Shown in pieces: positions 21,140 through 29,548 of a stretch of 64,000 bases of DNA. Origin of the DNA: Candidatus Marinacidobacterales bacterium (GTDB taxonomy: Bacteria > Acidobacteriota > Vicinamibacteria > Marinacidobacterales > SMYC01). Every line of letters starts with the position of its first letter. The stretch's first letter is position 1. A program made the position numbers and the translations under genes. The stretch spans positions 96,001 to 160,000 of the forward strand of contig CBDCYI010000004.1 in NCBI GenBank assembly GCA_965224085.1, given 5' to 3'. The notes below the pieces were generated by a model, which was given only the letters and a program-made list of their open reading frames with translations, searched no databases and was not told the DNA's origin.

Positions 21140-21481
21140 TTGATTGACATCGTTTTCAGAATCGATCCGGACAACAAAGCTCCGTCAAAGCGAGCGCCTC
21201 GAGACGCGGGTGAGGCTCGAGCCTTGCTCGACGCAGGAAACGAGACGTTCGCGAACCTGTATCGCCATTCAGAGCGCGACCAACGCCATGCCATCCCGTT
21301 GGACGCCAGAGCCCTGGGTCTTTCCGAAGTCGCGGGCCAGGCCCCGAAACAGACGCCCTTCGCCGTCGTTCTCGGGCATTGCAACTGCGGTGCAGTGACC
21401 ACCGCCGTCGACGCCTTTTTGCAGCCGGCGCATTATCTCGCATTGGCGTCGATTCAAGGTTTCGGCGTCGCAGCATCGTAA
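21140..21481 (+). pseudogene. beta-carbonic anhydrase remnant
   Basis: Q.PFAVVLG joined directly to HCNCGAVTTAVD; the CxDxR segment is missing. Confidence 0.7.
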
Positions 21482-21496
21482 CTCCCGGAGACCCAC

Positions 21497-22860
21497 ATGA
21501 AGACGGTCATGATCCTGGCACTCTTGCTCGTCCCAGCCCTTTACGCTCAGACGCCGCGGCGTCCGACGCCGGAGCAGCGACTTTTCGAGTGGACGGATCT
21601 GCAGTTCTCGAAAGGCGTCTATCAGCGCCGGCGCGGCAAGATGCTCGCGCGCCTGCGGCAATCGGGAGGGGGCGTCCTGATCGTGCCGGCTCGCTACGGT
21701 GTCTCGGACGGTTTCACTTTTCGCAGTCGGACGACTTCCTCTACCTCACTGGGCTCGAGCTACCAGACGCCGTGCTCGTACTCGACGCCGACGCTCAGAC
21801 GGTGGTCGTCTTCAGCCCGGAGCGAGACGCGCGCTACGCGAACTCATCGAGGATGAACGACTTTCCTGGACGCCTTCTTGCGGCCGACCCGGACGCTTCG
21901 ACGCGGTCAGGGATCGCGGCCTTTCGCTCCGAGTCCGAGCTTTCGACGGCCGTCGAGGCATGGGTCACACGCGGAAAGACCTTGCGCGTCAACTTGGGGC
22001 GTCGAGGCGCCATTCCTCGCGTCACATCGGACTTCGTTGCCAAGTGGAGCGCCGCCGAAGCCCTCGTCTTTCATTTGCAGAACAACTATCGAGAAGCATC
22101 GATCGCGAATGCTTTCGAAGACATGGCCCGGCTGCGCATGGTCCACGGCCCGGAAGAAATCGACGCGATGCGCCGGGTGTGTGCTCTCACGATCCAAGCT
22201 ATTCGCCACGCGGCGAGTTTCGTCCGCGACGGCATAGATGAGCGCGGGCTCGCGGCTGAGCTCGAGGCCGCTTACAAGCGCGGAGGCGCTCAACGCTTGG
22301 CCTTCGCCTCGATTGTGAAGTCGGGCCCGAACTCGCTCTGGCCTTGGCGCATCCTGGCGGCCAATCACGATCGCCGCAATCGCGTCATGAGGAATGGAGA
22401 CCTCGTCGTATTCGATGTGGGAACCGAGCTCGATTACTATGTGAGTGACGTCGGCCGCACGTTTCCTGTTTCGGGGAAATTCACGCCGCGGCAACGACGA
22501 GCTCTCGAAATGGCGACCGCTGTGTCCGATACGATCATCGCAGCCATCCGCCCGGGCGTGAGATTCGCGGAGCTCAAAGACATCGCGGTCGCGAAGATCC
22601 CGCTCGAAGAGCGGCGCTACATGCAGGCCGGTGGCTTCTATGGACACCACATCGGACTTTCGACCGGCGACCCGGCACTGGTCGACGTCCCTCTCGAGGC
22701 CGGAATGATCTTCACGGTGGAGCCGTGGTACTATAATCACGACGACGATCTATCGGTTTTCGTCGAAGATGTCATCCTCGTCACCGAAGAAGGACACGAG
22801 AACTTGACCTCAGCGCTTCCTCGTGACCCGGACGGACTCGAAGCGATCACGGAGAACTAG
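21497..22860 (+). CDS. Xaa-Pro aminopeptidase (M24), one frameshift near 21720
   Basis: F.QSDDFLYLTG, VFDVG..Y.SDVGRTFP, GHHIGL, FTVEP, VEDVILVT; the frameshift is at a T run and may be a sequencing error. Confidence 0.85.
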
Positions 22861-22900
22861 CTGTTCTTTTATTCACGAACCGTTGACGAGGAGACAAGCT

Positions 22901-23248
22901 ATGACCATAGAGCGCCACGAAGTGGGACCCCGAATGAGCCAATGCGTCGTGCACAACGACGTCGTGTACCTCGCCGGCCAAGTGGACGGCGAGGCATCGC
23001 CGACAGCCGCGCAGCAGACGAAGAACATTCTCGATCGAATCGATGCGCTGCTGTCGACGGCGGGCACCGACAAGACCAAGCTTCTTACTGCCACGATCTG
23101 GCTCTCCGACATGCGCTTCTTCGCGGAAATGAACGGTGTCTGGGATACGTGGGTGAGCCCGGGCAATCCCCCTGCGCGCGCCTGCGTTGAGGCTCGGCTC
23201 GCCAAGACCGAGTTCCTCGTCGAGATACGCGTCGCGGCCGCGCGTTAA
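22901..23248 (+). CDS. RidA/YjgF-family protein
   Basis: RMSQCVVH..VYLAGQV, MNGVWDTW...PARACVEARL..VEI. Confidence 0.92.
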   Translation: MTIERHEVGPRMSQCVVHNDVVYLAGQVDGEASPTAAQQTKNILDRIDALLSTAGTDKTKLLTATIWLSDMRFFAEMNGVWDTWVSPGNPPARACVEARLAKTEFLVEIRVAAAR

Positions 23249-23444
23249 TTCGAGAGCAAACCGCATCTCTGATATCTGAAGCATCGCACAGCAGCCGACT
23301 CCGCGTTCCGAGCACTTGAACGGAAGGTTCGCTCATGAAACGTATAAGAGTGTTGGCTCGGTCGAAGGCTCCACACTTCACGAAATTTCGCGCGACAAGC
23401 CCCTTGTGCCGGTCATGGCCAATGCCATCGTCATCGGAAAGACC

Positions 23445-24752
23445 TCACGCGAAGAGGTCGCTTTTTTGTGCCTCGAGCGTTTCCGCCCCTCGAGCCACGA
23501 GCGCAGCTACGATCCAGAGATTGATCGCGTTGAACAACAGACCGGCAGCGAAGGCTCCTCGATAGGCGCCCGTGATGTCGAAGACCACGCCTCCGAGCCA
23601 ACTACCGATCGCCATGCCGACGGCGCCAAAGAAATAGACGGTCGCGAGCCGCCAACCCATGGAGCCGGGAGGAAAATGCTCGCTTATGATGAGCGCATAG
23701 CTCGGGATGATGCCTCCAAAGGCGAGGCCAAAGAGTCCCGAGATTACGTAGAGGCCGACGAGGCTATCGACCGCAAGATACATGGCGAGAATCAAGGCCT
23801 GGCAGAGAGAGCCAATCAACAACACGCGGAGCGCGCCAATGCGATCGCCGACCGCGCCCCAGGCGATCCTGCTGAAGAAAGCACAGCCCAAGAGCACCGC
23901 GAGCATTTCGGGAGCCCTCGCAAGCGGGTAGCCGAGGTCGGTCGCATGGGATACCACGTGCACGATCGGCATGGCCATGGCCACGCAACAGCAGACAATG
24001 GCGATGCTGAGCAAGACGAGAACATTGCTCTGCGTTAGGCCGAGGATTTGGGCATCAGACGCGCTCACCTCCCGCTTGTGTCCCTTGGGCGCTATCGGCG
24101 CCGGACGTCGGAGCAGTAAACTCAAGGGAACCATGGTGACGAGAGCCACGAGCGCGTATACCCGGTACGCTTCTCGCCAGTTGGACCCTTCGATGAGGAG
24201 CTGGAACGTGGAGGGCCAAAAGACGCCCGCGAGGGCTTGCGCGCTCGTAACGATGGCCACGGCGATGCCGCGCCGGCGGTCGAACCAGCGCGCCGTGTTG
24301 GCGATGAGCGGCGAGAACAAAGCCGCGTTACCGAGCAGGCCGATCAAGACGCCGTGGGCCAGTAAAAATGTCCATCGATCCGTCGTGATGCTCGCCGTCA
24401 ACGCACCCGCAATGATCATAAGAGCGCCAAGGAGCGCCGGCGTGCCGACGCCCACCCGATCCGACCATCTGCCGATGAAGATGCCGCCGAGCCCCATTCC
24501 AAAAACGGACATCGAATAAGCCATCGACGGTACCCATCGCAGCCCTCCGAAATCCTGAGCCACAAGCTTTAGACCGACGATCACCACGTAGTAACCGCCG
24601 GCGCCGACCGTCATCAACAGAAGCGAGCCCGCGACCACGACCCAGCCATAAGGCCGCTCGACGCTTTCCCGAGCTTGGAACACCGTGCGGATGATAGTCG
24701 CCGGACTTCGACTTTGTCGAGAAGAAAGCCAATACGATGGAATACTGCCCAA
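23445..24752 (-). CDS. MFS transporter
   Basis: About 12 TM segments, GRWSDRVG and GAVGDRIG motif A, WFDRRRGIA; start uncertain. Confidence 0.9.
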   Translation of the reverse strand: MGSIPSYWLSSRQSRSPATIIRTVFQARESVERPYGWVVVAGSLLLMTVGAGGYYVVIVGLKLVAQDFGGLRWVPSMAYSMSVFGMGLGGIFIGRWSDRVGVGTPALLGALMIIAGALTASITTDRWTFLLAHGVLIGLLGNAALFSPLIANTARWFDRRRGIAVAIVTSAQALAGVFWPSTFQLLIEGSNWREAYRVYALVALVTMVPLSLLLRRPAPIAPKGHKREVSASDAQILGLTQSNVLVLLSIAIVCCCVAMAMPIVHVVSHATDLGYPLARAPEMLAVLLGCAFFSRIAWGAVGDRIGALRVLLIGSLCQALILAMYLAVDSLVGLYVISGLFGLAFGGIIPSYALIISEHFPPGSMGWRLATVYFFGAVGMAIGSWLGGVVFDITGAYRGAFAAGLLFNAINLWIVAALVARGAETLEAQKSDLFA

Positions 24753-24811
24753 GTTCCCTCCGCGCTTATTGGGAGTTGCGGCGACCGCCCATAGGCGCTT
24801 AGATTCAGCCT

Positions 24812-26257
24812 ATGAACCTTTCCCACTGGCTCCACCGCGCGAAGGCCGCCATCGGCATTGCCATGGTTCTTGGTCTCCCCGAGCTCCCCGCGGCCGCGAA
24901 CGACGACGGGAGCACCTGGCCTCGTTTTCGAGGCCCCGAGTCGATGCCCGTCGCCAACCATCCCAACCTTCCGGAGCGTTGGTCGACCACCGAGAACGTC
25001 GAGTGGGTCGCGGAGGTTCCGGGCGTCGGCTGGTCCTCGCCCGTCGTCTGGAACGGAAAGATCTTTCTGACGGCCGCCACTAGCGAGCAGCCGATGAAAC
25101 AACCGTCGCTGGGGACCGATTTCAGCAACGAGTACGTCGCCGCGCTGCGGGCGGAAGGGCTTTCCTCGGAGGAGACGAACGCACGGCTCTACGCGCGCGA
25201 CCGCGAGATGCCGCATGAGATCGTCATCCGTCTCTTGCTCTATTGTTATGAGCTCGAGACGGGCAAGCTGTTGTGGGAGCGAGTGGTTTATCACGGCAAT
25301 CCGCCGGGGGGACGACACCGCAAGAACAGTTTCGCGTCGGAGACGCCGGTCACGGACGGCGAGCGTGTGTACGTCTACTTTGGCCATCTCGGCCTCTACG
25401 CCTACGACTTCGAAGGCCGTCAAGCTTGGGCCACTCCGTTGAAGCTCTATCAGAAAGTCCGCGATTTCGGGACCGGGGCCTCTCCCGCTTTGCACGGGAA
25501 CAGCGTTTTCGTCTTGAACGACAACGAGGACCAAGGCTTCATCGCCGCGTTCGACAAGCGCACCGGAAAGGAGCTTTGGCGCACGGCTCGGGACGTTGGA
25601 GAACGAAGGAAGACGGGTTGGTCGACCCCTTTCGTATGGGAGAACGTGTTACGCACCGAGCTCGTGACGGTCGGCCCCGGCGCGGTTATCAGCTACGGCC
25701 TCGACGGCCGCGAGCTCTGGCGGATGAAGCGCCTCGCGGTGGTCACCATCCAAACTCCCTTTGCTTGGAATGGTCGCCTCTTCGTGACCTCGGGCAGCGC
25801 GGGCGAGCAAAACAAGCCCATCGCCGTCATTCGTCCAGGGGGCTCGGGAGACATTACCCCGCCGGAGCGGGTGAACAAGAACGAGCACGTCGTGTGGTAC
25901 AACCGGCTCGCCGGGGGCACTTACCTCCCGACACCGCTGATCTACGACCGCGCTCTCTATGTGCTCTACGCGAAAGGTATCTTCGCGCGCTTCGACGTCG
26001 AGACGGGCGAGCGCGTGTTCCGCGCCCGCATCGCTCCCGGCGCGGCGGCGTTCACGGCTTCGCCCTGGGCCTATAACGGAAAAGTCTTCACGATGAGTGA
26101 GGAAGGGGACACCTTCGTGATCGAAGCCGGCGAAGAGTATCGGTTGCTGGGGGTCAATTCGCTGAACGAGTGGGCGATGGCGAGCCCGGCGATCGTCGGC
26201 GACCGGTTGTTGATCCGCACTCAACGTCGTCTTTATTCCATCCGCAACCTTCCATAG
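24812..26257 (+). CDS. PQQ-binding-like beta-propeller protein
   Basis: Signal peptide, WPRFRGP, GWSSPVVW, ASETPVTDGERVY, AFDKRTGKELW. Confidence 0.9.
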   Translation: MNLSHWLHRAKAAIGIAMVLGLPELPAAANDDGSTWPRFRGPESMPVANHPNLPERWSTTENVEWVAEVPGVGWSSPVVWNGKIFLTAATSEQPMKQPSLGTDFSNEYVAALRAEGLSSEETNARLYARDREMPHEIVIRLLLYCYELETGKLLWERVVYHGNPPGGRHRKNSFASETPVTDGERVYVYFGHLGLYAYDFEGRQAWATPLKLYQKVRDFGTGASPALHGNSVFVLNDNEDQGFIAAFDKRTGKELWRTARDVGERRKTGWSTPFVWENVLRTELVTVGPGAVISYGLDGRELWRMKRLAVVTIQTPFAWNGRLFVTSGSAGEQNKPIAVIRPGGSGDITPPERVNKNEHVVWYNRLAGGTYLPTPLIYDRALYVLYAKGIFARFDVETGERVFRARIAPGAAAFTASPWAYNGKVFTMSEEGDTFVIEAGEEYRLLGVNSLNEWAMASPAIVGDRLLIRTQRRLYSIRNLP

Positions 26258-26545
26258 ATTCCATCGAAAGCCGCCGTCCAGCTCGTGCCGCCTTCTGGGA
26301 GGCTTCGTGCGGAGCCCTCTTCTCGCGGCGTCCTAATATGCGGTTGATGGGAGACGTTCGGTTCGCGTCGATGAACAACCCGCTCACGCGGCCGAACTGC
26401 TCGTATCGAGTAGGTTGCCGTCCTGATCGAAAATCTGGATCCGATGGTTCCCCTTGAGCCGGATTCTGGTACAGCGCTCGTCGAGAAGCAAATTCTCTTG
26501 CCCAGTGCTTGCGCTTCCGGCGAAGGGGGATTTATCCTCGCCGCC

Positions 26546-27840
26546 ATGCGGGTCCTTCGCCGACGCAGCCTCGAACCGCCTCGCCTCCTGCAGACGGTCC
26601 GACGTATTGGAATTCTGCTCACCTGCGTCCTACTCGTCTTTCTGCTCATCTGTGTCACGCTTCTCGCGCTGGCGCCCCATCGACTCGAGACGCCCGCGCG
26701 TATTTCGAGCACCGATGAGCTCACAGCGTTCCTCGCGCGTCTCGTCGCCACCGAAAACCCTCCCGGCCTCTCTGTGGCCGTCGTGAAAGATGACGAACTC
26801 GTCTACCAGCGCGCGTTCGGCTTCGCCGACGGCCCCGCAAGTATCGAGGCGAAACCCGAATCGATCTATCGGTGGTGGTCTCTCACGAAGATTCTGACGG
26901 CGATGGCCATTTTTCAGCTTCACGAGCGCGGACAGCTCGACATAGAGGATGAAGTTGCCAGTACTTGCCTTTTTTTCAAACCACGTTCCGTGGCGAAGAG
27001 GCTCCTCAAATACGACTGCGACAGCTCCTGAACCACAGCTCGGGGCTTCCAAACTTGAGGCTCGAAGTACTTCGCTGGATGCATCCCGAAGACGGGACGG
27101 GAAGCAACGCGAACGAGCTCCTTGGGGAGAACTTCGAGCGCTTCTCGCGTCTCAGAGCGAGTCCCGGCCGCCGAGGCCGCTATTCCAACTTCGGCTACTT
27201 GGTGCTGGGAGCCGTTGTGGAAAAAGTGTCGGGTCAGAGCTACGAGGACTACGTCGTCGAGAACATTCTGAAGCCACTCGGCATGGAACTCACGGGTTTC
27301 ACGATCGGCGAGGCGATGCGACCTTACATCGCGGCGGGCTGTCATCCACTCGTCAACTTCCAGACCATTTTTCTCCCAGCGATCCGCAATGTCGACGCCT
27401 ACGTTCAGGAAATCGAGAACGGTCGCATCTGGTTGGCGCCTTTTTATCTCGACGCGAACGCTTATGGTGGCGCCATGGGACCGGTGACGGACGCGACAAA
27501 GCTGCTTCGGGCCTTGCTCAATGAAGGAACGCTCGAAGGCCGGTCCGTTCTCGCCCCCGCGACAGCGCGCATGATGCTGCAAGGAGGCCGGGTTCGCGCC
27601 GGGCCGAGCAGCGTCGCGCCTCCGTACTATCGGCGTGCCGGGATGGAGCACGGCCTGGGCTTTTGGGTCTTTCCCTCGCAAGAGGGTGAGCGATACGAGC
27701 ATACCGGAGCCGGTCTGGGTTTCGCGACGCTGTTCCGGCTCTACCCGGAGCAACGCCTCGCCATAGCTCTTCTTGCGAACGGCACGTCACTCGACCGCGA
27801 AGGAATTGCCGACCGGCTCTTCGAGCTATTCCGGGAATAA
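26546..27840 (+). CDS. serine hydrolase (beta-lactamase family), frameshift near 26960
   Basis: SLTK (SxxK), LLNHSSG, YSN, HTG motifs split over two frames. Confidence 0.85.
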
Positions 27841-27895
27841 TGGGCTGTCGTGTCGCCGCTGGTGTAGCGTTTATGATGCGCGAGGGAGGTGCCCA

Positions 27896-28819
27896 TTGCG
27901 GTTTTCAATCTTCCTGATGGCACTGTGCTTTTTGCAAAGCTCGCCGGTCCGCGCGGACGGCGACAACACGATCTTCGAGTTGGGGGACTTCGCTTTCGAA
28001 AGCGGAGTGACGCTGCCCAACGCACGCTTGTCCTACGTGACCTGTGGAGCTCTGAACGAGAGCAAGACCAACGTGGTTCTCCTGCCCTCCTGGTATCTCA
28101 CGGCGCAGGAGCCGATTCGCGTCTTCGCGGCGGCGAGCTTGACCGACGCGCTGGCCACCGCTATAGCCGATTTCCACGAGGCGCACCCTTCGTCGCGCGT
28201 CGTGCCTCAGTTCGGTGCGTCGAGTGATCTCGCGCGTCAGATTCTCGCCGGGGCGCCCGCGGACCTGTTCTTCTCGGCGGACCAGCGGCAGCTGGATCGG
28301 GTCGCGGCGGTAGGACTCATCCTGAAAGGGGGACGCGCGGACGTGCTCTCGAACGAGCTCGTCGTCGTGCGCCATCGCGAAGAGCCCGACACGGTGGACG
28401 GCCTCGCGGATCTCGAGACGTTCGGCCGTATCGCTATGGCAGATCCGCAGATCGTCCCGGCCGGCGTCTACGCCCGGCTGTTTCTCGAGAGCCAAGGCCA
28501 TTGGGTACGCCTTCAGGAAAAGGTCGTCCCGACCCTCGACGTCCGAGGGGCGCTCGCGGCGGTAGCGAGCGGCAACGTCGAGGCCGGATTCGTCTACCGC
28601 ACCGATGCTGCCATCGAGGATCGCGTGAAGATCGTCTACACCGTGCCGCGGGAGGAGGGGCCACGGATCTTGTACTCGCTCGGAATTATAGAGGGTCGCA
28701 AGCGGCACGAGGTCCATGCGCTCTACGACTTCTTGAGGTCAGAGGCGGGGGGCGAAGTTTTTGCGAAATTCGGATTCGTCTCTCTCGGCGATGCGGAGGC
28801 GGTTTCGAGAGTCCCATGA
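27896..28819 (+). CDS. modA: molybdate-binding protein ModA fused to the N-terminus of a homoserine acetyltransferase-like protein
   Basis: LGDFAFESGVTLPNARLSYVTCGALN..NVVLLPSWY, then VFAAASLTDA, FGASSDLARQI..GAPADLFFSA, VPAGVYA, AGFVYRTDA. Confidence 0.8.
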   Translation: MRFSIFLMALCFLQSSPVRADGDNTIFELGDFAFESGVTLPNARLSYVTCGALNESKTNVVLLPSWYLTAQEPIRVFAAASLTDALATAIADFHEAHPSSRVVPQFGASSDLARQILAGAPADLFFSADQRQLDRVAAVGLILKGGRADVLSNELVVVRHREEPDTVDGLADLETFGRIAMADPQIVPAGVYARLFLESQGHWVRLQEKVVPTLDVRGALAAVASGNVEAGFVYRTDAAIEDRVKIVYTVPREEGPRILYSLGIIEGRKRHEVHALYDFLRSEAGGEVFAKFGFVSLGDAEAVSRVP

Positions 28820-29548
28820 GGGGTGCACGACATGCTCGCCAGATTCTCGAGCTCGGAGAGTTTTAGCCACCACCTAATGAGTTGCTTGAAACGCTCGCTT
28901 GGATGCGGTAACTCCTAGCTTGGCGGAGGCTAGGAGGTTCCAATGAACGCACGGACTGCCTATCGTGGTCTCGGCGTGTGCGCCGTGGTGCTCGTTTCCG
29001 CTGCCGCGGTCGCGCAGAGAAACGGCCAACCGGCCAGCGACCAGCTCGGACAAGAAGACATCTGGGGGAACCCGACATTCGTTTTAGGGGTCAACAACGG
29101 AGGGCCGGCGGGCCACAGCGTGTGGTGACCGCCTCAGGCGGCGCTGGATCGCGTCCATCAACGACTCTTTATCGCCGGCAACGGCGAGTCGAGGTCCGCT
29201 GCATGACGATCAGGGCGCGCGCGTCGGCAACTCGGAAAAAGTGATAGGCGCCGGTGAGAGCGTGAGTTTTCCGGCGAGTGATGTGGGGAGCGTCCAAACC
29301 GGCTCGTTGCGGGTTCACTCAGAGCACGAGTTCTTCATAAGCGCGACTCGGTTCGCGAAAAACACTCGCCGAGAGTCCATCCTCGCCGCGGCCCCGGTTG
29401 CGACGCAGAGGCGGCGGCGCGAGCCTCCGGTTCTTCTCACGCGACGGCGAAGAGATGGCGGTGATCCTTCGATAACGTGAGTCGCTGTCGCTTTGTTCCA
29501 TCTCTTTTCGACAGCATATACTTCGCGCGATTCTTGAAAGGAGCGAGC

